A DNA stretch of 50,047 nt from a virus (IMGVR_UViG_3300032893_000070:1-50047); one strand, 5' to 3'; shown: positions 1-9,085, counted from the first letter of the stretch. Translations and numbers: made by a program. Notes: generated by a model not told the origin, from the sequence alone.

Positions 1-94
1 CTTGGGGAGAAGCATTCGGGTCCGAGACCCAAAGGAGCCCCGCACTGGACGGTGTGGTGATGGTATTCAACCCCGGAATGGTCTGGTTACTCAA
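1..94 (-). CDS. 5' fragment of an alternative allele of the tail fiber gene at 48951-49904 (runs off the contig)
   Basis: Reverse complement reads TTG-SNQTIPGLNTITTPSSAGLLWVSDPNASPQ versus MANQTIPGLNTITSPSSAGLLWVSDPNASPQ at 49811-49904. An RBS GGAGGTGG lies upstream (about 100-107, minus strand). Confidence 0.85.
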   Translation of the reverse strand, partial: MSNQTIPGLNTITTPSSAGLLWVSDPNASPQ

Positions 95-107
95 TCAAAC
101 CACCTCC

Positions 108-136
108 TTGACAGTTTGATTAGCCAAAGCTACACT
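108..136 (+). promoter_or_regulatory. sigma70-type promoter for the HNH gene, probably giving a leaderless mRNA
   Basis: TTGACA(108-113)-17 nt-TACACT(131-136). The ATG is at 143, the expected start-site distance, and there is no SD. Confidence 0.75.
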
Positions 137-142
137 CTCTGT

Positions 143-580
143 ATGACACGAGGACAGAGAAGGTGGAAAGAACTTTCCCCAGAGGAAAAGAAAAAGGTTA
201 TCGAGCAGCACAAGGCTTACAGGAGAGCCAACAAGGAAAAAGTGAACGCATGGGTTAACGCTTACAACGCCTCTCGACCTGAAGAGAAAAGGAGGTCGGC
301 GAGAGAGACCCAAAGAAAGCGACGAAGACAGATATTGGTTCACTATGGAGGCAAATGCGCGTGCTGTGGTGAGAAGCGTTTCGAGTTTCTTCAAATCTCT
401 CACAAGCATCAGAATGGTGTTCCTTCGGCAAGGAGAGTTGGTGGTACTTCCCAAGTAGTCAACATCATTATCAGGACTTGGCCGAAGAATATCCAAGTTC
501 TTTGTGCTAATTGTCATCAGGCTCTCGATCTCTGGGGCTTTTGCCCGCACAAAAAACCTCACAAGACTACCCCTCTATGA
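143..580 (+). CDS. HNH endonuclease (free-standing, putative homing), antisense to the late operon
   Basis: Basic helical N-terminus, then CACCG...L-Q-I-S-H...N-I-Q-V-L-C-A-N-C-H zinc/HNH motif. The real start is likely ATG 143. Confidence 0.8.
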   Translation: MTRGQRRWKELSPEEKKKVIEQHKAYRRANKEKVNAWVNAYNASRPEEKRRSARETQRKRRRQILVHYGGKCACCGEKRFEFLQISHKHQNGVPSARRVGGTSQVVNIIIRTWPKNIQVLCANCHQALDLWGFCPHKKPHKTTPL

Positions 581-1118
581 TCGGAGGAACGATCCGCTCG
601 CGCCCAATCCCGTCGGGTTTGTAGCGTCGAGCACGTTCGGTCTTCAGGATCGACGCAATGTCCTTGTAGTCTCCATTCGGGATGCAGTAGTACTTCCCGC
701 GAAACTTCCGTATGAGCCTCTCGGGAAAACTCTGGTTGCACACCGTGCAGATCCACGATCTCTCGCCCATCTTCGCATCGGTCTGTCCCTGGTTGGCGTA
801 AAGGACATACCCATGGGAGAGCGTGATGGTTCCCCCCGCAGACTCCGGCAGAACGCTTCCATCAATCACGATCATCTTCTTGGGCGCGACGTTCTGGATG
901 ACATACTGTCGCCCATTATTCGCCCCCGAGGAGGTAATCGTGATGAGCATTCCCGCCGCGTAGCCCGAAGTGACGAAGTTCGTGGAAGTGCTGTTGATCG
1001 AGTTGTCGGAAGAAAGGAAAGAGATATCCGTCCCCGAAACAGTGGGGACCCCCGTAGTGGAGGTCCCCGCAAGCACTTGCTCCTTGGTAAAGAACTGGAT
1101 CTGACCCGCGTAGGCCAT
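567..1118 (-). CDS. Virion-associated protein with C-terminal Cys motif (CTVC...YC)
   Basis: S/T/G-rich beta-like N-terminus; lies in the late operon downstream of the capsid genes. Confidence 0.6.
   Translation of the reverse strand: MAYAGQIQFFTKEQVLAGTSTTGVPTVSGTDISFLSSDNSINSTSTNFVTSGYAAGMLITITSSGANNGRQYVIQNVAPKKMIVIDGSVLPESAGGTITLSHGYVLYANQGQTDAKMGERSWICTVCNQSFPERLIRKFRGKYYCIPNGDYKDIASILKTERARRYKPDGIGRERIVPPIIEG
571..705. repeat. Imperfect direct repeat of 49913-50047 (135 nt, 7 mismatches; 619-705 identical to 49961-50047)
   Basis: Direct alignment by eye. Mismatches at 594, 600, 606, 609, 612, 615 and 618 are all third codon positions of the minus-strand gene. Confidence 0.95.
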
Positions 1119-1130
1119 GACCCAAAGTCC

Positions 1131-1535
1131 TTAGTTCTTCGCGCCCATCTTGTCCTGCTGGTCAAAGATGACGAACAGGAACGCAGCCGACCCAATGGCA
1201 CCACCGGTCAGACCGGTGAGCGTCACCTGGTTGTCAGCCGTGATGGAGGCGGTCGCAGTCACGTCCCTCGGCGCCGCCTTGGCGCTTGCCGGCACGAGAA
1301 ACGCGCTCTTGATGACATCCGTATTGGGAAGAGCCGTCCCGTACTGGCTCCCCGTGGGCGGCGTTCCCCCCTTCTTCTGGATGTCCCCGACCATGGTGTA
1401 CGCCCCCGAGGTCCCCGTGGCGTTGATCCCCATGGCCATCTTGGTCCCGGTACCCCTCGCCTTGGGGTTCCCCGAGATGTCAGGCGGCCCGATGAAGCTC
1501 GTCAGGCCCGTCGATACGGTTGAGCCGTACGCCAT
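1131..1535 (-). CDS. Putative virion structural protein
   Basis: G/T/A-rich 134 aa directly after the major capsid gene; SD AGGAGG. Confidence 0.6.
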   Translation of the reverse strand: MAYGSTVSTGLTSFIGPPDISGNPKARGTGTKMAMGINATGTSGAYTMVGDIQKKGGTPPTGSQYGTALPNTDVIKSAFLVPASAKAAPRDVTATASITADNQVTLTGLTGGAIGSAAFLFVIFDQQDKMGAKN

Positions 1536-1550
1536 CCCGTACCTCCTTTC

Positions 1551-2453
1551 CTAACCCGTCGAGCCTACGACGCCCCTCCAGTGGAAGAACGTAGCCAGAG
1601 CCCGCATGTGGGCCTTCCACAGGACGTTTCCCGTGATGAAGTCCATGGCCGGCTCGTACTTGATCTTGCGCCTCCAGACCCAGCGCAGGTCGTGCATCTT
1701 CCTGTCGGCGAGCACCCACGTGGTGGTCGAGGTGAAGAACGGGACCATGCGGAAGGAGAACTTCTCCTTCACCGCGTTGATCGCATTCGAGGCGCTGTCC
1801 GGATCGTACTCGCTTGCCCCGAGGATCTCTGCCATCCACCGGTTGGTCGGATGGATGAGAAGCTCAAACGGAGGCATCGCGTAGATCGGGATGTTGCGCT
1901 CGTTGACGAGCTGGGCGAACTTGTCCATCGCCGCCTGGAGGTTGAGCTTCGAGAGGCTTCCCGTCACGAGGTTTGAGATCGTGCCGCCCTGCGGCCCGTA
2001 CATCGGATGGGAGGCCGAGAAGAGCGCCTGCGAGTCCAGGCCCACGCGAGCCGTGGTGACGAACCCCGAGTTGATGAGGTCCCACCCCTGGAGCTCGATG
2101 GTGTAGGCCATGGCCTTCGCCTGCTCGCTTGCCACCTTCTTCATGATGTCCTGCCGGTCGTCTTCCATCATCACCCGGGTGGCCTGCGCGGCGAACCCGT
2201 ACTCGTTGAAGTAGACGATCTTCTCAGGACCCTGGTAGAACGCGTCGAACGGGAAGGCCTGGCCATCGAAGACCTGGGGCGCCGAGCCGAAGCTCGTCAT
2301 CAAGCCTTCCTTGATGTAGTGGTCCTCTCCGTTGGAAGTGGTATGAAGCACTCCCGTGGCGATTGCCGGCCACCGTTCGTACTCGTCGAAGAACTCCCTT
2401 GTGAGATCCTTTTCCCAAAGCTGCGTAAGTCGCGCAGCAGACATCAGTGCCAT
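1551..2453 (-). CDS. Major capsid protein (Mu gpT-like HK97-fold family)
   Basis: Motifs 'R.MMEDD', 'G.D.QALFSASHP', 'LLIHP' and terminal 'WRGVVGSTG'; SD AAGGAGG; position after scaffold and decoration genes. Confidence 0.88.
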   Translation of the reverse strand: MALMSAARLTQLWEKDLTREFFDEYERWPAIATGVLHTTSNGEDHYIKEGLMTSFGSAPQVFDGQAFPFDAFYQGPEKIVYFNEYGFAAQATRVMMEDDRQDIMKKVASEQAKAMAYTIELQGWDLINSGFVTTARVGLDSQALFSASHPMYGPQGGTISNLVTGSLSKLNLQAAMDKFAQLVNERNIPIYAMPPFELLIHPTNRWMAEILGASEYDPDSASNAINAVKEKFSFRMVPFFTSTTTWVLADRKMHDLRWVWRRKIKYEPAMDFITGNVLWKAHMRALATFFHWRGVVGSTG

Positions 2454-2471
2454 GTTGCTACCTCCTTACGC

Positions 2472-3005
2472 TCAACCAGCACCAAAGAACGCGCCACGGC
2501 GGATGATGACGAGCAACTCCGCGTACGTTCCGAGGGCCGATCCAGGGGCCAGCCCAATCACCCCCAGCACGCCACCGGTGGTCTTCGACAGGTCGATCCC
2601 GATGGACCCCGAGGTCGCATTTCCGATCCGGTAGGCCTTCGATGCCACCCCGATGTAGCCCTGCGTGACGTTCACCGTCCCGATGCTCTGGACCCTCCAG
2701 ATCATCGAGTCATCCGCCGGGATCAACTCGGGGTAATGCTTCTGCGTGGCCGTCTCGTTGAACCCCGGCACCGGAGAGTTGCAGATCCCGTAGATCGCGT
2801 TCGTCCCCGTGGCAAGGTATCCTATGCCAAGGGAACTCTTGATCGGGTCTCCAACCTTCAGCGTCGTGGCCGAAGCGATCGCAAGCGGTCCTGAAGAGGA
2901 CAGCGTGCCGCCCGCAGCAGCGCCCGGAGTGGTCGGGCTTGAGCCCGGTCCTCCTACCCCACGGGTCCACAGCCGGAACCCGTAAGGCGCATTGCTATTT
3001 GCCAT
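2472..3005 (-). CDS. Capsid decoration/cement-like protein
   Basis: Starts 'MAN.NAPYGFR', is Gly-rich, and lies immediately upstream of the major capsid gene. Confidence 0.65.
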   Translation of the reverse strand: MANSNAPYGFRLWTRGVGGPGSSPTTPGAAAGGTLSSSGPLAIASATTLKVGDPIKSSLGIGYLATGTNAIYGICNSPVPGFNETATQKHYPELIPADDSMIWRVQSIGTVNVTQGYIGVASKAYRIGNATSGSIGIDLSKTTGGVLGVIGLAPGSALGTYAELLVIIRRGAFFGAG

Positions 3006-3059
3006 TCCTACAGCATCCTTTCAGGGCTCGTCAGGCCGCCCCACGCCTTGATCGGCGGA

Positions 3060-3893
3060 TCACTTTCGGACCCGTCTCAACTCCTTGATCCCATTATGCT
3101 CCTCCTCGCGGATATCGTCAAGGTCATACTCCGGGGCGATCACCTTCTCCCGGCCCCCCAGCATATCCCTGGAAATGTTCTCCATCCCCTCGCGGAACTG
3201 CATCTTGTTCTGCCGATACCCGTTGTGGCTTGCCATGCTCATCGCCTTGAGGTTGTCGTCCCAGACCTTCCGTCGGATGACGACCATGACGTTTGAGATC
3301 TCGTCTCCCGAGGTCTTGTCCGCTGTCCCGTCGCGGATCTTCCAGATGTCCCCGGTCCAGTCGAAGGGGCTCTTTGCCTTCTCCTCCTCCTCGTCCTTCG
3401 GATGCCGTATGATCTTGAACCCGGCCTCCAGGGCATTCGTGATGTCCCCCTCGCCCCCCTGGACCCTCCACGTGACGTACCAGTCCTTGCCGAGGATCTT
3501 CTGCACCCGCTCCCCGTCCCGTGTCAGCGGATTGCTCCTTCCTCTCGGCCGGTCGAGAATCTTCGAGAGCGGATCGACCCCGCCGTCGATCGAATGAAGG
3601 GCGATGTTCGCCTGCCGAACCCTGCTATCCCACTCACCTTGAGCGATCCAGTACGCCTTCTGGTTCGGCGCCTTCAGCCCCGAGACGAAGTCATCCGAGA
3701 GCTTCTTGAAGTGCACGAAGTCGAACTCGATCCGAACCCCCGGCATCCCGTCGGCTCTCACGATGTCCGCCTCGCTCGTGTCCTCCGACACCTTGAACAC
3801 CTGCTGGAGGTCCATCGTGTCCTTCGGCACGTCCATCACCACGGTGGGAATCGCCTCGGCCTTCGCGGCCTTTGATGCTCCTGCCTTTGCCAT
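3060..3893 (-). CDS. Hypothetical head-module protein
   Basis: 277 aa ORF between scaffold and decoration genes, with SD. Confidence 0.6.
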   Translation of the reverse strand: MAKAGASKAAKAEAIPTVVMDVPKDTMDLQQVFKVSEDTSEADIVRADGMPGVRIEFDFVHFKKLSDDFVSGLKAPNQKAYWIAQGEWDSRVRQANIALHSIDGGVDPLSKILDRPRGRSNPLTRDGERVQKILGKDWYVTWRVQGGEGDITNALEAGFKIIRHPKDEEEEKAKSPFDWTGDIWKIRDGTADKTSGDEISNVMVVIRRKVWDDNLKAMSMASHNGYRQNKMQFREGMENISRDMLGGREKVIAPEYDLDDIREEEHNGIKELRRVRK

Positions 3894-3905
3894 CTGTTCC
3901 TTCCT

Positions 3906-4760
3906 TTACTGGATGTATCCTTTGATCCGCAAGAGGTCGGAAAGCTCCAAGCCCTTGCGTTCCGCCTCGGCCTCAAGTGCTTTCCTCGTCGCCGCATCCG
4001 GGAGTCTTACCGTGACCTTCCGAGTTCCCGTCGAAACCGTCGGCGCGCTCCGTCCCTCGCTATTCACATGCGCGGCGGGACGCCCCGCAGGCTTTCCCGG
4101 CTCAATCCCGTGTTCCTTGAGGACTGCCGCCACGGCTTCCTTCACCTTCGCATCGACGGTTTCCATCTCGATCTCGGAGGAATGCTTTGCCCTCACCGAA
4201 GCCCACGCTCGCTCGTAGATATCCGGCTGCGAGCGGACCTCTGCCGGCTGCTGGGCCACAAGCGCCTCCACCTCGCCCTTCCAGCGCTTGAAGTGCGGGT
4301 CTCGGCTCTCAAGTAGCTCCTTCCTCGTGTTGGCGAGCGAGGAAGAAAGCCCCTGGAGAAGCGGTCCGTACTTCTTCTCCGCCACCATCTCGTTGTACTT
4401 CGCAAGGATCGCCGCGCCCTTCTCCTTGTCGAAGATGTCATCGGCGTGCTTGGCGAAGTACTCCTCGGGCGTCTCGGTGGGCACGTTCGCGGGCGGTGCC
4501 ACGACCGTCGGCTGAGAGAGCCTTGAGCCAAGTCCTTCGATACCCTCGCGGATTGCCTTCGTCGAGTCACTCTGCGCCTTCAGTGCCGCGAACTCCTCGG
4601 GCGTGAGGGTCACCACGTCGGGCTTCTTCTCCTCCTCGGGCCCCACTGCGACCTCAAGCTCCTCCTGCGCCTCTTCCTCGTTCTTGGCGACAGTCTTGAG
4701 GTCCGCCATCGCTGCGTTCTCAGGGTTGTCGGGAGAGAAATCAATCTCCTGCTTTGCCAT
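3906..4760 (-). CDS. Capsid scaffolding protein
   Basis: Acidic, coiled-coil-like sequence with a basic C-terminal helix, between portal and capsid. Start MAKQEID at 4760. Confidence 0.7.
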   Translation of the reverse strand: MAKQEIDFSPDNPENAAMADLKTVAKNEEEAQEELEVAVGPEEEKKPDVVTLTPEEFAALKAQSDSTKAIREGIEGLGSRLSQPTVVAPPANVPTETPEEYFAKHADDIFDKEKGAAILAKYNEMVAEKKYGPLLQGLSSSLANTRKELLESRDPHFKRWKGEVEALVAQQPAEVRSQPDIYERAWASVRAKHSSEIEMETVDAKVKEAVAAVLKEHGIEPGKPAGRPAAHVNSEGRSAPTVSTGTRKVTVRLPDAATRKALEAEAERKGLELSDLLRIKGYIQ

Positions 4761-5088
4761 CTTCCTTCTCCTCGAAGCGCATCTTGGCAAGCTCGATGAG
4801 AGTGTTATACGCCCGGGTGTAGGCTTTCGCCTCTCCCTGTCTCACCCTCAACTCCTTGTCCGATACGGCTTCGCTTTCCAACGCAGCCTTCGCCACTTCC
4901 AGTCCATCGACGATCAAAACCTCTTGGAGCAACTGCCAGTACTCGCTACCCCGCAGGCCCCGAGCCAACTCCGCCAACCTGCGGAGCACCCGCGACTGCT
5001 CCCTGTACTCCGGGCTGGCCAGCTCCTGCGGGTCCAGCGACATTAGGAGCGACAGGGACTCCGGCCTGTCCTCCAGGATTCCCGCCAT
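4741..5088 (-). CDS. Small helical head-assembly protein (Bbp19-like position)
   Basis: SD GGAGGT 4 nt before ATG 5088; 'RQGEAKAY' motif typical of post-portal genes; overlaps the portal 3' end. Confidence 0.65.
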   Translation of the reverse strand: MAGILEDRPESLSLLMSLDPQELASPEYREQSRVLRRLAELARGLRGSEYWQLLQEVLIVDGLEVAKAALESEAVSDKELRVRQGEAKAYTRAYNTLIELAKMRFEEKEDGKAGD

Positions 5089-7024
5089 TTGCACCTCCCA
5101 TTTGATTCCGTGCAGCATCCAGGGCACTCATCTGCTGGGCGTTCACCGCTCTCAACATCTGAATGACTTTCTCCCACTTCTTCACGTCCTGGAGATAGTT
5201 CTCCGTGTCGTCGAAATCCGCGAAGTGATAGCTCTCTTTGAGCAGGTTCACGCTTCCCACGTAGATCTCAAGAAGTTGCGACCAAGCGTCAGGCGCGACT
5301 TGTTTCAACTGCATACCCTGCGGGCCGAACACCGCCTGAGAGAGCTGAACGAGCTGCGGCTGCGCCTGGAAGGTGAGTTCCATGAGCTGGATGAGGGTTT
5401 CCCTCCGCGCTTCGTAGGAGTGCTCGATGTCGGTGGTATAGATGTCGAACTTGAATCTCCTCGGGATGTCACTCACATCCATGTTGAGAATCCGGTCGAG
5501 CTGAGAGATCTCCTCGTCGGTGAGCCTTCCAAGCTGCCTCTCGTTCCAGATCACCCGCTCGCGGTTCCTCACGAGCTGAAAGACCACAAGAAGCCCCACC
5601 CGTGACCAGCTCTCCGACGTGCTCTCGATGGTGGTGGCCATGATGCCCTGGGAGGCCTGCATCCGCATCTCCTGACCCCGAAACGTGTCCCTCGTCCCGA
5701 GGGTCGGGTCGGCAAAGCCCCGGTCGGGACTCGACACTCCCGTGGCCTGAGCGGCGAGAGACCAGACCAAGTTCTCACTCTGGAGAGAGGAAGCGGGGAC
5801 CTCTCCCAGAGCGATCGGCTCCATGTCCTCCTTCGGGTTGTCGGTGATCCAGACCTTTCCCTGGTAGATCGTGTTTTTGTTCTCGCGAAGGACGGCCCGT
5901 CTCACCGCGAGCATCTTTATGGATGCAAGCTTCATCCCATCGTTTCGGAGGCGGTGGGTGCCCGAGGCCTCGTCCTGAAGGCCCTCGCAGATCTGCCCGA
6001 TCCCACGGCTTTCCAGCATGAAGCTCCTCGGGATGTACCCGAACTCCTGGAACTCCCTCGCTGCAATCCCGTTGAAGACCTTCCGAAGGATCGTCCGTGA
6101 GGGCGTATGGACGGTGAAGATCACGTCCTCCCACACCCCGTCGTCATCGATGTCCCAGAAGAAGTGAAACTCCATGAAGTCGATGACTTTCGGGCTCCCC
6201 GGGGCGAGATACCTCAGTTTCGCATTCGCCTGCTCGCTCTCATTCAGGTTCTCCCGCTCCCATGTCTTCGGGTCGATCTCTTTTCCGTCGGCAGTCTTGG
6301 GCTCATCGTAGATTCCCTGCTCGACCTTGTTCTGGAACTCATGGAGAGGGAGGTGGAGTTCATGCGCGATCCACGGCATCCTCTGGATCTCGTCCCAGAA
6401 CGGCGGATAGTAGGTGTCCTCCTGCGAGATCGGGATGATCGCCGGCCCGTCGTGGTAGGTCATCGTTTTCGTCTGCCCGTCATCGCCCTTGAACTTCCAC
6501 TCCAGCGTGTCCCACACGACTTTCACCATGAGCAATCCCATGAACGTCGCCTCGTCGCTTACGATACGCTTGATTTTCGGCATATTGAGGTCCGTCTGCG
6601 AGTAGGCGAGAATCCCGAGGTACTTTGTCATGAACTTCGCGTCATCGTGGCTTTCCTGGGTGTCGGCGTAGCTTTTCAGTTGCCAGAAAAACGGCTTTCC
6701 CGTGTCGTAGTACCCCTTCACCTTCGCGTAGGCCGTCTGCGCGTGGATCTGGGTGAGCGGCGGCATGATTCGAGACGCATTCGAGAGTGCGTGCTCGGCC
6801 GCAGTGGTCTCGGGCTGGGCTTCCCGCTGCTGGCGCCACTTCATCCACTTCTTCACGCGTTCGGCCCTCTCGCTTTTCGACGTTTCAAGCTCCTGAAGAA
6901 GGTAGTTGAGGATCTCGTCTCTCTTCTCATCCGAAAGTTCGATCGTAAGGGGGCTCGGCGAGGGCCGATCTTTCCTTGGGGTGTCATCATCGGTCTCGAT
7001 TTCTATGGTGGTCTGGTCACTCAT
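4946..7024 (-). CDS. Portal protein (P22-like)
   Basis: 692 aa after the terminase; 'G.L.VKVVWD', 'WDIDDDG', 'GIGQICEGLQDE', 'ATGVS' motifs and a Q/G/A-rich tail. Confidence 0.85.
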   Translation of the reverse strand: MSDQTTIEIETDDDTPRKDRPSPSPLTIELSDEKRDEILNYLLQELETSKSERAERVKKWMKWRQQREAQPETTAAEHALSNASRIMPPLTQIHAQTAYAKVKGYYDTGKPFFWQLKSYADTQESHDDAKFMTKYLGILAYSQTDLNMPKIKRIVSDEATFMGLLMVKVVWDTLEWKFKGDDGQTKTMTYHDGPAIIPISQEDTYYPPFWDEIQRMPWIAHELHLPLHEFQNKVEQGIYDEPKTADGKEIDPKTWERENLNESEQANAKLRYLAPGSPKVIDFMEFHFFWDIDDDGVWEDVIFTVHTPSRTILRKVFNGIAAREFQEFGYIPRSFMLESRGIGQICEGLQDEASGTHRLRNDGMKLASIKMLAVRRAVLRENKNTIYQGKVWITDNPKEDMEPIALGEVPASSLQSENLVWSLAAQATGVSSPDRGFADPTLGTRDTFRGQEMRMQASQGIMATTIESTSESWSRVGLLVVFQLVRNRERVIWNERQLGRLTDEEISQLDRILNMDVSDIPRRFKFDIYTTDIEHSYEARRETLIQLMELTFQAQPQLVQLSQAVFGPQGMQLKQVAPDAWSQLLEIYVGSVNLLKESYHFADFDDTENYLQDVKKWEKVIQMLRAVNAQQMSALDAARNQMGGANGGNPGGQAGVPVAPNVAGPAGAGQPGVQGAVAGAPQVGGVGSGPAG

Positions 7025-7040
7025 CTCGTTTCTCCTTGCG

Positions 7041-8903
7041 TCACGCCATTCCTACGGAGTGCAAAAGATGAGACACGACCCACGCTGCACTTCCGAGGGC
7101 CAAAAGGATGCCATAACCGAACAAAGAGTCGTTTTCGACGAGTGAAAGCTCGTGCTCGATGTCGCTTTCCACCGCCATCTCGATCTCCTCGGCGTTCGCC
7201 GGCCGTCTCATCCACGAAAGCGCCTTCTCCGTCTCATCCAGCACGTCCACCCGGCGCGACGGAAAGGCATCTTTCTCCTGTTGAAGCTCGATCACCGCCT
7301 CAGGTGTAGCATAGATGAGGCCTTGCGCGAAATACCACCCCACAACGGCCCGTATCCGCGCGATCTTGTCGCCCTTGGCGGGCGCTTCATGGAGCGCGAT
7401 GTAGATTTTCCTCCGCTCCTGCTCTTTCTCAAGGAGTTGATAGAGCCCTTTCTGCATCGCGTTGGTCTCAAAGAGCGTTGCCTGAAGCAATCCCGGGAAA
7501 AGCTCCCACGCCTCGAAGATCGCATCGAAGGTTTCGTCCATCGTGAGGTACCCGACCTTGTTCCAGACACGGAAAGCGCGGTTTCCATCGTCCATGAACC
7601 ACACGGCGATGGAAGTCCGGGAGGTCAGAGCCGTCACCTCGCGGTCTTTCGAGGCCGCGTCAGTAGAGATCACCCCCGTTAGGGTCGCGCAATTCAAAGT
7701 TTTCACATCATCCGACAGCTCATCACGATATGATAGAAGAAAGAGATTGCTTCGCTTGTCCTCGAAAAGCTTGCAGGGCTTCACGACGTACTTGGTGAAC
7801 TCATTCAGGCCCGACTTCTGCGGCTTGTTCCAGTACTGGAGGGCTGCCGTCCAGGAGTCGAGCTTCGAAAGCTGCTTCTCATCTATCACCTCGGGGGCGA
7901 GCATCTCGCCTTCTTCCTGCACGAGGCGATAGTAGATGCTCCAAGAGCCTCCGGGGACGGGTCCCACGTCCTCGTCCATGGCCCCGACGACCTCTTTCGC
8001 ATCCTTGACGAACGCCGCGTAGCAGTCATCCTGGGAGTAGCGCGTCCCGACAACCCCGATACGCCCACGCTTTGCGCTCCGCAGGAGCGCCGATAGGTTC
8101 GTGTTCATGTACTTCTTGGCGTTCTCCATCATCACCGTGGCTTGGTATTGCCAGTCCACGGCGTCCAGCCCTATCGGGTCGTCGATATCGAGGTCGGTGA
8201 AGTGGTCTCCTTCTCCAGAGGAAGTGATCCCCGAGGCCTTGATGGTCGGCTCGGCGGCGAACCTCACCCGGTTGGGCATCACGATCACCTCGCCGTTCCA
8301 TTCCTTGGAGTTGGGAACGGGAACGCGCGAGGGAATGGGCGAGCCATCCGGGTACGCCCACCCGGGACCATAGAGAGCGGCGTAGAGGGCATTCGAGTCG
8401 ATCGTTTTCTTGGAAAGATTCTTGAATCCTTCCGCGCGCGAGATGACGGCGTTCACGAGGTTGATCGCAACGCTTGAGTCTCTCGTTGCCATCCAGGTGT
8501 TCGCACCGTGGGAGAAGATCGAAGACTTTCCATGTCCGCGCGGCATGAGGGCAAGCCACCTCGACCCGGGTGCCATGCAGGAGTCGCTCTGCCGCCAGTT
8601 GCACATGTCGAGATTCAGCGTGTCGTTGAGCCACTCGTAGGGGCCGAACGCACCGGCAATCACCTTGAGAAAAAACCACAGGTTGACAAGACCGGCCTGT
8701 CGCATGACGTCCATGGTTTGGCGCGATGAGGTCGTGGGATGGGCAGAGGTGATGTCGGCGTAGAGATCGGTGAGGACCTTCTGGCCGGTAGAGAAGTTGG
8801 GAAAGTCCCACGCCTCGGGATGCGGTCGGATGGCGAAGTGCGAGGGGATCTCGAAGGTGAGGAGAGAGCCGTCGTCGGATGCGATGCGCTTGTAGGTTTT
8901 CAC
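7041..8903 (-). CDS. terL: Terminase large subunit
   Basis: Walker A 'MPRGHGKS', Walker B 'GDHFTDLDIDDP', 'VVGTRY' and RNase H-like nuclease motifs ('STDAA', 'FETNAMQ', 'DVLD'). Probable GTG start at 8903 is coupled to the upstream TGA. Confidence 0.92.
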   Translation of the reverse strand: MKTYKRIASDDGSLLTFEIPSHFAIRPHPEAWDFPNFSTGQKVLTDLYADITSAHPTTSSRQTMDVMRQAGLVNLWFFLKVIAGAFGPYEWLNDTLNLDMCNWRQSDSCMAPGSRWLALMPRGHGKSSIFSHGANTWMATRDSSVAINLVNAVISRAEGFKNLSKKTIDSNALYAALYGPGWAYPDGSPIPSRVPVPNSKEWNGEVIVMPNRVRFAAEPTIKASGITSSGEGDHFTDLDIDDPIGLDAVDWQYQATVMMENAKKYMNTNLSALLRSAKRGRIGVVGTRYSQDDCYAAFVKDAKEVVGAMDEDVGPVPGGSWSIYYRLVQEEGEMLAPEVIDEKQLSKLDSWTAALQYWNKPQKSGLNEFTKYVVKPCKLFEDKRSNLFLLSYRDELSDDVKTLNCATLTGVISTDAASKDREVTALTSRTSIAVWFMDDGNRAFRVWNKVGYLTMDETFDAIFEAWELFPGLLQATLFETNAMQKGLYQLLEKEQERRKIYIALHEAPAKGDKIARIRAVVGWYFAQGLIYATPEAVIELQQEKDAFPSRRVDVLDETEKALSWMRRPANAEEIEMAVESDIEHELSLVENDSLFGYGILLALGSAAWVVSHLLHSVGMA

Positions 8904-9085
8904 CGAAGCGTTGCCAGGTCCTCGGCGCTCACGCGGCCGTTTTTGACATAAGGCTCGCGCCATGCGTAGTTGTGCGCCTGGGCGGTCAGCTTAAAGGCCT
9001 CGGGTGAGAGGTAGAAGGACGGAGGGAAGACGGCGAGGATGGAGCCTCCGACGAGCCGTATCCGGGTCCAGCCGAAGGGAATCAT
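8900..9085 (-). CDS. Hypothetical protein
   Basis: 61 aa with ATGA/GTGA coupling at both ends. Confidence 0.5.
   Translation of the reverse strand: MIPFGWTRIRLVGGSILAVFPPSFYLSPEAFKLTAQAHNYAWREPYVKNGRVSAEDLATLR

Noticed and set aside
571-705. Diversity-generating retroelement TR/VR pair (with 49913-50047), also suggested by the Mtd-N domain at 42068-42670
   Set aside because: The mismatches are third-position and mostly C/G swaps rather than adenine-specific, and I found no reverse transcriptase in the window.
3005-3062. Second hammerhead on the minus strand (CTGACGA-gccct-GAAA)
   Set aside because: There is no proper stem II, and no stem III with a correctly placed UH cleavage site could be built.
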